Below, in pieces: positions 36,060 to 48,771 of a stretch of DNA of 64,000 bases. A model generated the notes under the pieces. The model made no database searches and was not told the origin of the DNA. It was given only the letters and a program-made list of their open reading frames with translations. The first letter of the stretch is position 1; every line of letters begins with the position of its first letter. This DNA comes from Macrostomum hystrix (taxonomy: Eukaryota; Animalia; Platyhelminthes): NCBI GenBank assembly GCA_950097015.1, contig CATNEN010000014.1, forward strand, positions 1,860,001 to 1,924,000, read 5' to 3'. Made by a program: the position numbers and the translations under genes.

Positions 36060-38070
36060 TGAAGGTGGGTTTGTGGATAGATGAGGTAGATGGTGTGTGG
36101 ATAGATGAGGTAGATGGTGTGGTGTGTGGATAGATGAGGTAGATGGTGTGTGGATAGATGAGATAGATGGTGTGGTGTGTGGATAGATGAGGTTGATGGT
36201 GTGGTGTGTGGATGGATGAGGTTGATGGTGGTGTGTGGATAGATGAGGTTGATGGTGGTGTGTGGATGGATGAGGTTGATGGTGTGGTGTGTGGATAGTT
36301 GAGGTTGATGGTGTTGTGTGGATAGATGAGGTTGATGGTGTGGTGTGTGGATGGATGAGGTTGATGGTGGTGTGTGGATGGATGAGGTTGATGGTGTGGT
36401 GTGTGGATAGATGAGGTTGATGGTGTGGTGTGTGGATGGATGAGGTTGATGGTGGTGTGTGGATAGATGAGGTTGATGGTGTGGTGTGTGGATAGATGAG
36501 GTTGATGGTGGTGTGTGGATAGATGAGGTTGATGGTGTGGTGTGTGGATAGATGAGGTTGATGGTGGTGTGTGGATGGATGAGGTTGATGGTGGTGTGTG
36601 GATAGATGAGGTTGATGGTGGTGTGTGGATGGATGAGGTTGATGGTGGTGTGTGGATAGATGAGGTTGATGGTGGTGTGTGGATAGATGAGGTTGATGGT
36701 GTGGTGTGTGGATGGATGAGGTTGATGGTGGTGTGTGGATAGATGAGGTTGATGGTGGTGTGTGGATGGATGAGGTTGATGGTGGTGTGTGGATAGATGA
36801 GGTTGATGGTGTGGTGTGTGGATAGATGAGGTTGATGGTGGTGTGTGGATAGATGAGGTTGATGGTGTGGTGTGTGGATAGATGAGGTTGATGGTGGTGT
36901 GTGGATGGATGAGGTTGATGGTGGTGTGTGGATAGATGAGGTTGATGGTGGTGTGTGGATAGATGAGGTTGATGGTGTGGTGTGTGGATGGATGAGGTTG
37001 ATGGTGGTGTGTGGATAGATGAGGTTGATGGTGGTGTGTGGATGGATGAGGTTGATGGTGGTGTGTGGATAGATGAGGTTGATGGTGGTGTGTGGATAGA
37101 TGAGGTTGATGGTGTGGTGTGTGGATGGATGAGGTTGATGGTGGTGTGTGGATGGATGAGGTTGATGGTGTGGTGTGTGGATAGTTGAGGTTGATGGTGT
37201 TGTGTGGATAGATGAGGTTGATGGTGTGGTGTGTGGATGGATGAGGTTGATGGTGTGGTGTGTGGATGGATGAGGTTGATGGTGGTGTGTGGATAGATGA
37301 GGTTGATGGTGGTGTGTGGATAGATGAGGTTGATGGTGTGGTGTGTGGATAGATGAGGTTGATGGTGTGGTGTGTGGATGGATGAGGTTGATGGTGGTGT
37401 GTGGATAGATGAGGTTGATGGTGTGGTGTGTGGATGGATGAGGTTGATGGTGGTGTGTGGATGGATGAGGTTGATGGTGGTGTGTGGATGGATGAGGTTG
37501 ATGGTGTGGTGTGTGGATAGTTGAGGTTGATGGTGTTGTGTGGATAGATGAGGTTGATGGTGTGGTGTGTGGATGGATGAGGTTGATGGTGTGGTGTGTG
37601 GATGGATGAGGTTGATGGTGGTGTGTGGATAGATGAGGTTGATGGTGGTGTGTGGATAGATGAGGTTGATGGTGTGGTGTGTGGATAGATGAGGTTGATG
37701 GTGTGGTGTGTGGATGGATGAGGTTGATGGTGTGGTGTGTGGATAGATGAGGTTGATGGTGTGGTGTGTGGATGGATGAGGTTGATGGTGGTGTGTGGAT
37801 AGATGAGGTTGATGGTGGTGTGTGGATAGATGAGGTTGATGGTGTGGTGTGTGGATAGATGAGGTTGATGGTGGTGTGTGGATAGATGAGGTTGATGGTG
37901 TGGTGTGTGGATAGATGAGGTAGATGGTGTTGTGTGTGGATAGATGAGGTTGATGGTGTGGTGTGTGGATAGATGAGGTTGATGGTGTGGTGTGTGGATA
38001 GATGAGGTAGATGGTGTGGTGTGTGGATAGATGAGGTAGATGGTGTGGTGTGTGGATAGATGAGGTAGAT
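36060..38070. repeat. Minisatellite, 26/29-bp unit GATGAGGTTGATGGT(GTG)GTGTGTGGATA
   Basis: Direct periodicity. Confidence 0.96.
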
Positions 38071-39021
38071 TTTTATTAATCTCTATCAGTGTCGTGTCTC
38101 AGCAGGCCCTACGAGTCTCTCGTCCCAATCTCTCTACATTATTGTAGGTCGTTTGTCTCTATCAAGCTTTAATGTCTATCATGGTCTGTTGTCTTTTATT
38201 GTCTCCTACTTTCCTTTAATTGTTCTCTTCTTTTCTTTCAGTCCCTTGTCTATATCGGACTAAGGCTCATGCATGCCTCATTGATCTTCATGATTTTAGA
38301 TTGCACACAGATTGAGGCACAATGGCCTAGTCGCGGTGCCTTCAAGCAGTAGCTGCATTCTGAAAGCTGAACAACAAGGGCTGTTCAGGGCTGTTGTGAT
38401 TGCTGTTCTGTTGATTGCAAGGGCTGGGTGTGCGTGCGTGTGTCTGTGGCACAATCCTTATCTCACCTAGTGGCTGTCGTCAGTGTTTTCTCTGCTTGTA
38501 GCTGCAGTGTGTCGGACAGATCTGGGTTGCCACCAAGGCCATCCGATGCACCGGGCCAGCCAATGGGAGGCCGTCACCCCAGAGCCGAGCTGTGCGCATT
38601 GTATCTGGGCCTGTGAGAACTGCGGGCCCGTCACGCCTGGTTTATCAGGCCGCACCCGCCCGCTGGGCTGCAGGAAAGCCGCCAGGACCCGCACGTTGCC
38701 AGGTTGTTCGCTGCCAATTCAGGTAAACTGATTCTACCAACTGTTTATAGGCGGAAGACAATTAGATACTCTTTGGCTTCTCTTCCTGTTGCTTGAAGCC
38801 CGCGAAAGCTGTCTCGAATGTTTTATTAATTTTCTGCTTTTTTGTTATGTTCAACTGGCCAGTTAGGCAGCATTAGCATAACGCATGAGAGCCAGCGCCA
38901 AGCATAAAATTGATTTCCTCTCGCCTCTACACTCCGCTTTGGTAGCCCTATCCACCCCAACTGACCGGGCCGCTGCCCTGTACTCAACCGACCAACCAAC
39001 CGGGGACTTGCCGGGCCGCAG

Positions 39022-39028
39022 TATAAAA
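39022..39028 (+). promoter_or_regulatory. TATA box of USP gene 1
   Basis: TATAAAA in a GC-rich context ~100 nt upstream of ATG 39125. Confidence 0.55.
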
Positions 39029-39124
39029 AGCTCAACTGGCCCCGGCCCTGCATCTCATCCACCGCCCAGTCTCCGCTGTCCCTCTGACTTCCGCGTACAC
39101 TGAGCAATAGAAATCCTCTCAAAA

Positions 39125-40115
39125 ATGACATCCCCAGTGCAATCCTACATCGACTCAAACGCGTCAATGTCTTCCCCCGGAGGCGGCCGCAAGATCATGA
39201 TCCCGCTGGACGGGTCCAGCCACGCCGAGGAGGCCTTCCGCTTCTACATGGAGAACATTCGTCACGACGGCGACCAGCTGGTGATTGCGCACATCGTCGA
39301 GCCGCCCTCGCTGCCCTCCTTCTCGCTGCGCAGCGGCTTCAATGTGCCCACTGACGAATGGCGCAACATCATCATGGACAGCGGCAAGAAGGCCGCCGCC
39401 ATGGAGCAGGAGATCGCGTACAGGGCCGCCCAGAACAAGATGAAGGTGATCGCAGCCAGCCAGGTTCCTTGTCAACTCAGCCTCTCATTAAACCCGCCTG
39501 TATCCACTCCTGCATGCAGATGGACTTCATAAGGGGGTCGGTGGCAGAGCGGTTAACGCGTTTACCTCACGCACCAAGGTCCCTGAGCTCGATTCCGCGG
39601 CGAGACCACATTTATGTGGGGCGCAGCCGCGGAGAGAAGGCTTGGAGGCTTGTCGGGCAATTGACGCCCCTGAGGACCAACTTAAAAGGCACAGTGAAGT
39701 GTACACTGCCTGACGATGAGAAAGTCAAGGGCAGATGTACACACCTGTGTGAGTGTGTGTCTGCGTACAGTATCTGTGTGCGTGTGTGCTCAGGAGTCAG
39801 CGAAATAGGCAGAATTGCCTCCTGCGGGTCTAGTGTTAAATTATGTGCTATTATTATTATTATTAGATGGACTTCATTGCCGAGACGAGCAAGAAGCCGG
39901 GCGAAGCTCTGGTGGACCTCGCGTGGCGCACCAACTGCCACATGATCGTCATTGGCAGCCGTGGCCAGGGCGACGTCAGGCGCGCCTTCCTGGGCTCCGT
40001 GTCCGACTACATCCTGCACAACAGCCGGCTGCCCGTGACCGTGGTGCCCGCGAAGCGCCGCTTCAGCACCAGCGGCCCGGCCTCAGGACGTGCAAGCTTC
40101 AGCGAGGCCTCCTGA
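39125..40115 (+). CDS. Universal stress protein (USP/UspA family) paralog 1; exons 39125-39445 and 39867-40115
   Basis: KIMIPLDGSSHAEEAF (beta1 motif), VIAHIVEPP, and MIVIGSRGQGDVRRAFLGSVSDYILHNSRLPVTVVP with an intact G-2x-G-9x-GS motif. Phase-0 intron at the same position as in paralog 2. Confidence 0.92.
39531..39864 (+). mobile_element. tRNA-derived SINE, copy 1 (13-bp TSD AGATGGACTTCAT)
   Basis: A-box TGGCAGAGCGG, B-box-like AGCTCGATTCC, shared body and (ATT)n tail. TSD at 39518-39530 and 39865-39877. Homologous to the copies at 55.4 kb and 56.6 kb. Confidence 0.88.
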
Positions 40116-41004
40116 AGCGGCAAACAGAACATTGATTTGACCATTCTGAGCGCTTGAAAAATTCACTGAACTGATTTCAGGCCGCGGTTAAGCTGCTTGT
40201 TTGGCGACTTCATTTCATTTTTAGTATAACTAGCAAAGTAGGCCGTCATTACTTATCGATCGAAAAAATTAATTAGGAAAGTTATTAAAACTACTAGGAT
40301 GCTTTCAGTAAGAAAATGTGGCTCTCTCTTATGATTGGTTAGGGCCAAAAATAACCTCTGTCTCTGAATGTACTTGGACATGAACATTCGCTCATTCCCC
40401 CTAAAGACAGCCACCTCACTCCAGTTTCTCCGATATAATTGGCTAAAAATAGCACTTTTTGGCTCCTCTCTCCAATTAATGTACACACAAAGCAAAATCA
40501 ACTAGCCTATTTTTAAGTCCTTTGGGTTTAACAAATAATTTAGCGACAGTATTCATGCAATCCATATTTTCCATTCAAAGCTCTGTTATTTGTTCTTGTC
40601 AACCAGACAGAGAATGTTCATGGTGTACAAACAGTAGCTGACTCATCTTATTCTTTGCTAATTCCTAGGGAGTGCAATTTTCCATGGCCATCGCATGCTA
40701 GCCTTCAACCCTATTTAGCTGTAGTATTCGATGTCGCATCTCACCTGTCATTTTTGATCATTAAAGATTTAGCTAGCTACAATTTTTTATAACTCGCGAC
40801 TATCATTTACTAAAGAAACTCGAACCTTAGCTACATCAGTTTACCCTCAATAAAAGTACTTTGAAGACTTGAGAACTGAAAATAAAAAGCACTGCTCGTC
40901 TGAAGTCATCAAAAAACCTTTCAAACATGAATAAATCCCATTTCAACTCGGCGCAGTTTTCTGATCAGTAATTAAATACTGGCATAATTTGCGACAAGTT
41001 CAAA

Positions 41005-41805
41005 AGCCAAGGATCAGGATGGCTGCAGTGACCAGCTGAAGGATCAGGATGGCTGCAGTGACCAGCTGAAGGATCAGGATGGCTGCAGTGACCAGCTGGA
41101 AGATCAGGATGACTGCAGTGACCAGCTGGAAGATCAGGATGACTGCAGTGACCAGCTGGAAGATCAGGATGGCTGCAGTGACCAGCTGAAGGATCAGGAT
41201 GGCTGCAGTGACCAGCTGAAGGATCAGGATGGCTGCAGTGACCAGCTGAAGGATCAGGATGGCTGCAGTGACCAGCTGAAGGATCAGGATGGCTGCAGTG
41301 ACCAGCTGAAGGATCAGGATGGCTGCAGTGACCAGCTGAAGGATCAGGATGGCTGCAGTGACCAGCTGAAGGATCAGGATGGCTGCAGTGACCAGCTGAA
41401 GGATCAGGATGGCTGCAGTGACCAGCTGAAGGATCAAGATGGCTGCAGTGACCAGCTGAAGTATCAGGATGGCTGCAGTGACCAGCTGAAGGATCAGGAT
41501 GGCTGCAGTGACCAGCTGAAGGATCAGGATGGCTGCAGTGATCAGCAGAAGGGGATCGGGATGACTACAGTGATCAGCAGAAGGGTATCGGGATGACTGC
41601 AGTGACCAGCTGAAGGATCAGGATGACTGCAGTGATCAGCAGAAGGGGGATCGGGATGACTACAGTGATCAGCAGAAGGGGATCGGGATGACTGCAGCGA
41701 CCAGCAGAAGGGGATCGGGATGACTACAGTGATCAGCAGAAGGGGATCGGGATGACTGCAGCGACTAGCAGAAGGGGATCAGGATGACTGCAGTGACCTA
41801 CAATA
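41005..41805. repeat. Minisatellite, 30-bp unit GGATCAGGATGGCTGCAGTGACCAGCTGAA between the USP genes
   Basis: Direct periodicity. Confidence 0.95.
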
Positions 41806-42169
41806 GGGAACGCAATCAACAGTTATAGTGATAAGGTGTAAGTTACACATGTTGTAGCTAAGCCGCATTGATTTGCTCGTTAGCTGTTTAACCGGTTTCT
41901 AAGAATTGTTGTCGTTCCTTGAACTTTGGCCAGACGCGAACTGAATTTGTCTATGGTAAAAATTGCAGCCAAGTGCATTTTTACAGTCTCGATCGCGATA
42001 TACTGCAGAAGTTAGCATTGCAGAATACGTGCATTGGGTGCGCCGGATTGTGGGCAAGATTAATAAGCTTCGAGCAGTCACCGCCGGCACAAATCGAAAA
42101 TAAAACCAGTAAGTGACTTAAGACTGATATTAATAAGTTGCTTTCAAAATGTTCAGCACCACCATGTTA

Positions 42170-42470
42170 ATCTCACCTCATTCCCATTCTCTGACCCCCA
42201 CCTCATTCCCATTCTCTGATCCCCGCCTCATTCCCCATTTTCTTATCCCAACCCCATTCCCCATTCTCTGACCCCCACCTCATTCCCCGTTCTCTGATCC
42301 CCGCCTCATTCCCTATTTTCTTATCCCAACCCCATTCCCCATTCTCTGATCCCAACCCCATTCCAAATTCACTGATCCCACACCTCACTCCCCATTCTCT
42401 GATCCCCACCCCATTCACCATACTCTGATCCCCACCTCATCCCCATTCTCTGATCCCCTATAATCCCTAT
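42170..42470. repeat. Degenerate pyrimidine-rich repeat CCCATTCTCTGATCCCC.. immediately upstream of the USP2 ATG
   Basis: Direct periodicity, degenerate. Confidence 0.8.
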
Positions 42471-42491
42471 TTTTCGATCCCCGCTAGCAGC

Positions 42492-45400
42492 ATGGCATCG
42501 CGAGCAAGCTCCACGGTGATCAACCGTCGAGTTCTGATAGCTCTGGACGGTTCGCAGCGCTCTGAGCACGCCTTCAACTGGTACCTGGCCAACCTCAGGC
42601 GCGATGGCGACCTGGTGGTCGCCGCTCACGTGTTGGAGCCGCCATCGCTGCCATCTTTCTCGCTTAAGAACGGCTTCAATGTGCCGGCCAACGACTGGCG
42701 CGACATCATCTTGGAGAACGGCCGGAAGGCCAAGGAGTTGGAGGAGGAATTCCTTGTCAGGGCTAGCAATCTCAAGCTCAAGGTGAATTGTTATCATAAG
42801 GGCTGCTGAACCTGGCCAGCCCATGTACTTTTCCCGTGGACGGGCGACGCTAAAATTCATAAGTCCACAGCTCTAACCTCAGTCTTTGCATGCTCCGCTT
42901 CAATCCCACTCTACAATTCCACTCTGCAATCCCACTCTGCAATCCCACTCTGCAATCCCACTCTGCAATCCCACTCTGAAATCCCACTCTGCAATTCCAC
43001 TCTGCAATCCCACTCTGCAATCCCACTCTGCAATCCCACTCTGAAATCCCACTCTGCAATCCCACTCGGCAATCCCACTCTGCAATTCCACTCTGCAATC
43101 CCACTCGGCAATCCCACTCTGCAATCCCACTCGGCAATCCCACTCTGCAATCCCACTCGGCAATCCCACTCTGCAATCCCACTCTGCAATCCCACTCTGC
43201 AATCCCACTCTGCAATCCCACTCTGCAATCCCACTCCTTTCTCACCATACTCTCATTCCAATGTTTCACCGAAATCGTATACTGATTCTAAAACTGTAGT
43301 GATCTCACTCCCATCTCATCCTGTAATCCCACCCCAATATCATCCTGTGATCCCACTCCCATCTTATCCCGTAATCTCATTCCAATCTCATCCCAATCTC
43401 ATCCCGTAATCTCACCCCAAACTCATTCCGTAATCTCACTCCAATCTCATTCTGTAATCTAACTCCAATCTCATCCCGTAATCTCATTCCAATCTCATCC
43501 CAATCTTATTCCGTAATCTCACTCCAATCTCATTCTGTAATCTCACTCCAATCTCATTCCGTAATCCCACTCCCATCTCATTCCGTAATCTCACTCCCAT
43601 CTCATTCCGTAATCTCACTCCCATCTCATTCCGTAATCTCACTCCCATCTCATTCCGTAATCTCACTCCAATCTCATTCTGTAATCTCACTCCAATCTCA
43701 TTCTGTAATCTCACTCCAATCTCATTCCGTAATCTTACTCCAATCTCATTCCGTAATCTCACTCCAATCTCATTCCGTAATCTCACTCCCATCTCATTCC
43801 GTAATCTCACTCCAATCTCATTCCGTAATCTCACTCCAATCTCATTCCGTAATCCCACTCCCATCTCATTCCGTAATCTCACTCCCATCTCATTCCGTAA
43901 TCTCACTCCCATCTCATTCCGTAATCTCACTCCCATCTCATTCCGTAATCTCACTCCAATCTCATTCCGTAATCTCACTCCAATCTCATTCTGTAATCTC
44001 ACTCCAATCTCATTCTGTAATCTCACTCCAATCTCATTCCGTAATCTTACTCCAATCTCATTCCGTAATCTCACTCCAATCTCATTCCGTAATCTCACTC
44101 CAATCTCATTCCGTAATCTCACTCCCATCTCATTCCGTAATCTCACTCCAATCTCATTCTGTAATCTCACTCCAATCTCATTCTGTAATCTCACTCCAAT
44201 CTCATTCCGTAATCTTACTCCAATCTCATTCCGTAATCTCACTCCCATCTCATTCCGTAATCTCACTCCAATCTCATTCCGTAATCTCACTCCAATCTCA
44301 TTCCGTAATCCCACTCCCATCTCATTCCGTAATCTCACTCCCATCTCATTCCGTAATCTCACTCCCATCTCATTCCGTAATCTCACTCCCATCTCATTCC
44401 GTAATCTCACTCCAATCTCATTCTGTAATCTCACTCCAATCTCATTCTGTAATCTCACTCCAATCTCATTCCGTAATCTCACTCCAATCTCATTCCGTAA
44501 TCTTACTCCAATCTCATTCCGTAATCTCACTCCAATCTCATTCCGTAATCTCACTCCCATCTCATTCCGTAATCTCACTCCAATCTCATTCCGTAATCTC
44601 ACTCCAATCTCATTCCGTAATCTCACTCCCATCTCATTCTGTAATCTCACTCCCATCTCATTCTGTAATATCACTCCAAACTCATCGTGTAATCTCACAC
44701 CGTAATCTGACACAGATCTTCAACTGTAATACTGTAATGATTTCACGCAACAATCTCAGCCTGAAACTATATCGGTTAGACTCTCAGCAGTGTCCTATGC
44801 TCTAGATTAGCAGCCCCAATCACACAGTTGGTTGTGGGTCACCTGATTTCGCTAATTCTCTCACACGCCATAGAAACTGGGGCTTTTCCTGTGTACAGGT
44901 GCAAACGTTCCTATGCACGAGCTGTTTATTTAAACAAGTGTTTCAAAAGATTTAGCCTCAGATACCAATGCAAAACATGTTTAATGCGTATCACAAGCAC
45001 TGACTAGCCCTTAAACTCTGAACTGTTATCTGAGCTGGGCTGTCTGTAGTATATTGCCTCTTATCTCACAGCTACTCACAGTTCAGAGTATCATTTTACA
45101 CAGCACACTGTATACAAATACATGTACATTTGGATATGCAGTCTGCTGTGTGTTTACAGTTAGGGCCTGAAATCAGTTTTTAGTGAGCCGCTTGAATGAA
45201 CTACAGATCTGGGTTCATGTTCTCTCACATAAGCCAATGGGTCATTGTATTCGTAGTATAGGATGACTACCTAATGGTGATTAGAGTGATGGATTAGTGA
45301 CTACCTGATGGTGATTAGAGTGATGGATTAGTGACTACCTGATGGTGATTAGAGTGAGGGATTAGTGACTACCTGATGGTGATTAGAGTGAGGGATTAGT

Positions 45401-45986
45401 GACTACCTGATGGTGATTAGAGTGAGGGATTAGTGACTACCTGATGGTGATTAGAGTGAGGGATTAGTGACTACCTGATGGTGATTAGAGTGAGGGATTA
45501 GTGACTACCTGATGGTGATTAGAGTGAGGGATTAGTGACTACCTGATGGTGATTAGAGTGAGGGATTAGTGACTACCTGATGGTGATTAGAGTGATGGAT
45601 TAGTGACTACCTGATGGTGATTAGAGTGAGGTAGTGACTATCCAATTTGGTCAAACGGTAGTCCGAGAGGGGATACATGACCATCCGGTCACTCGATGGG
45701 ATGTGGGTGATTGCTAGTGGGTCAGCTTCCGAGCCATATTTATCCCTGTATTTCCGGCCTCCTATTCCAGCTGGAATTCATTGCCGAAAGCCACAAGCGG
45801 CCCGGGGAGGCGCTGACGGACATCGCTTGGCGCACCGGTTGCGACCTGGTTGTCATAGCAACACGTGGCCTCAACGACATCAAACGCGCCTTCCTAGGCT
45901 CGGTGTCGGATTATGTGCTGCGGCATAGCCAGTTGCCCGTGTGCATTGTGCCCGACACTGCGGCTGCTGATGAGGCGCACAAGTGA
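42492..45986 (+). CDS. Universal stress protein paralog 2; exons 42492-42782 and 45771-45986
   Basis: RVLIALDGSQRSEHAF, AAHVLEPPSLPSFSL and VVIATRGLNDIKRAFLGSVSDYVLRHSQLPVCIVP. AAG|GTGAAT ... TTCCAG|CTG junction in phase 0. Confidence 0.92.
42900..43235. repeat. Minisatellite, 13-bp unit GCAATCCCACTCT (USP2 intron)
   Basis: Direct periodicity. Confidence 0.95.
43300..44710. repeat. Minisatellite, 24-bp unit CTCCAATCTCATTCCGTAATCTCA (USP2 intron)
   Basis: Direct periodicity; explains the 409-aa GVRLRNEI ORF. Confidence 0.96.
45270..45640. repeat. Minisatellite, 34-bp unit CTACCTGATGGTGATTAGAGTGAGGGATTAGTGA (USP2 intron)
   Basis: Direct periodicity. Confidence 0.95.
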
Positions 45987-46139
45987 CTGAGCAATGCGAC
46001 AGTTCCCGATTGGGAAATAACAATTTCAGTTCTGGAAATCCATCATTTTTCTGTCATGCACACTCACTGACAAACAATAAACAGCACAGATTTTGTGCCG
46101 ATCTCACATTTATTGCGGCCTTTGCCTAGAAACATAAAA

Positions 46140-47040
46140 GCAGAGCTGACACAGTGGCTGACAGACACAGATGGAGCTGACACAGTGGCTGACAGACACA
46201 GATGGAACTGACACAGTGGCTGACAGACACATATGGAACTGACACAGTGGCTGACAGACACAGATGGAACTGACACAGTGGCTGACAGACACATATGGAA
46301 CTGACACAGTGGCTGACAGACACAGATGGAACTGACACAGTAGCTGACAGACACAGATGGAACTGACACAGTAGCTGACAGACACAGATGGAACTGACAC
46401 AGCAGCTGACAGACACAGATGGAACTGACACAGCAGCTGACAGACACAGATTGAACTGACACAGCAGCTGACAGACACAGATGGAACTGACACAGCAGCT
46501 GACAGACACAGATGGAACTGACGCAGAAGCTGACAGACACAGATGGAACTGACACAGCAGCTGACAGACACAGATGGAACTGACGCAGAAGCTGACAGAC
46601 ACAGATGGAACTGACACAGTGGCTGACAGACACAGATGGAACTGACACAGTGGCTGACAGACACATATGGAACTGACACAGTGGCTGACAGACACATATG
46701 GAACTGACACAGTGGCTGACAGACACATATGGAACTGACACAGTGGCTGACAGACACAGATGGAACTGACACAGTGGCTTACAGACACAGATTGAACTGA
46801 CACAGTGGCTTACAGACACATATGGAACTGACACAGTGGCTGACAGACACAGATTGAACTGACACAGTGGCTGACAGACACAGATGGAACTGACACAGTG
46901 GCTGACAGACACATATGGAACTGACACAGTGGCTGACAGACACAGATGGAACTGACACAGTGGCTGACAGACACATATGGAACTGACACAGTGGCTGACA
47001 GACACAGATGGAACAGACACAGCAGCTGACAGACACTTCC
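46140..47040. repeat. Minisatellite, 31-bp unit GGAACTGACACAGTGGCTGACAGACACAGAT between the convergent USP2 and SKP1 ends
   Basis: Direct periodicity. Confidence 0.96.
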
Positions 47041-47810
47041 AGATAAAATAACAAAGGCTGAACTACTTCAAGCGGGTTAGTTTTTATTTTAGGAAAATTG
47101 GAGGTACAGGTCATGCTTAGATGAGTTGTATTTAGGAGGGATGGGTTGCAAGTGGTAGCTACAAAATCGCGGCTCAGACGCGGGGAGAGCTTTGAAAAAA
47201 GTGGATCTTTATATAAAAAACGGCTGAAGAACAAGAGCTTACTTAACAAGTAGCTTCTTTGTACACCCGCTAGCAAAGAAAGATATAATTACGCGGTAGA
47301 TACTACTACTGAATGGTATTCTTGTTGAAAAGAAATTTGCGTAGTTGAACAGGACAGGATAAAAGCAATCTTCAAGTACTAGCCTCATCTATATCTTATA
47401 ATTTTAACGACGAGATTTAAAAGTTATTAGGAAATGGAAATTAGGAGTCGAGAAGCGCAGATACCCTCACACTACTGAATACATAAGTAGTAGAAATGAG
47501 TTTTGGGTAGCAGAGATAAGCACAATTTTTTTGAGATCACACTTTTGTTGTCATTTAACAAACATGAATCATTTTGTGTGCGGGGCAATTTAAAATAAGC
47601 CGTTGCGTACTATACTACTCACTGCCCTCTAGTCAAGCTAATGTACACTGCCATCTCTACAAGCAGCTCCAGCATCAGCCGGAAGGTCCCAAGAAAGGCC
47701 GTCTACTCATTAAACAGTGTCAAATTGATAGATTTTGATCTCTCAAACATCTATCAAGCATCTCGGATCCGCCATTTCAATGTTACACTGAGAGGGCGTG
47801 GGCTCGAGCC

Positions 47811-48771
47811 TCACTTCTCCTCGCACCACTCGTTCTCCTTGCGCACCCGCTCCAGCTCCTCGGGCGTGAAGTCGCATTTGATGTTGAAGGTCTTGCGGAT
47901 CTCCTCCGGGCTCTTGCCCTTGATCATGTTCGCCACCGTCTTGCAGGCCACGTCCAACAGCCCCTTGATGTCCAAGTAGTTCGCGGCCAGGATGATCTCA
48001 AACAGAGTGCCCTGGTCCACCTGCGGATGGGGACAGCGGAGCGATGCTGAGCTCTTCTATGCCCCAACCCAGCTTAACTGCTCACGGAAACACCACTCGA
48101 AATCCCACAATTTCATCTGACTATGTGAAATCCCACAGTCTCAACTGACTAGTTGAAATCCCAAAATTTCATCTGACTAGTTGAAATCACATCTGACTGG
48201 CTGAAATCCTACAATCACACCTATGTGAAATCCTACAATCACACCAATGTGAAATCCTACAATCACACCTATGTGAAATCCTACAATCACACCTATGTGA
48301 AATCCTACAATCACACCAATGTGAAATCCTACAATCACACCTATGTGAAATTCTATAATCAAACCTAGCTATTTGAAATCCTGGTCGGACTAACGAAGAT
48401 ACGGAAACTAGGTTAATTAGCTGTCGAATAATTTTTTTACTAGTTAGAACCCCAGAACTAGTCAATTATAGTTAATTAAGGTGGCTTCGCACCTTAAGAA
48501 ACTCCTGATCCCAGGTGGGAATGTCGTCAGTGCGTCGCTCCTTGTACTCATCCTCCTCAACAGGCGGCGGGTCGTCCTTGTGGTAGGTGCACCAGGCGAT
48601 CACCTTCTTGAGGATGGCGGCATTGACATTGGGCAGGGGGACTTCCTCGTCGCCCTCACTCGACACAGACATGTCCTCCAGCATAGTCTTGATGGTGCCG
48701 GACTGCTTGGCGATCTCAATATCGACCTCGAAGATTTCACTGTCGCTAGACTGCAGCTTGATGTTCGGCAT
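47811..48771 (-). CDS. SKP1: SKP1 (SCF ubiquitin-ligase adaptor); exons 48493-48771 and 47811-48020 (162 aa)
   Basis: [42 protein letters not shown]|[55 protein letters not shown] is canonical SKP1. Confidence 0.98.
48110..48365. repeat. Minisatellite, 24-bp unit GTGAAATCCTACAATCACACCTAT (SKP1 intron)
   Basis: Direct periodicity. Confidence 0.92.
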
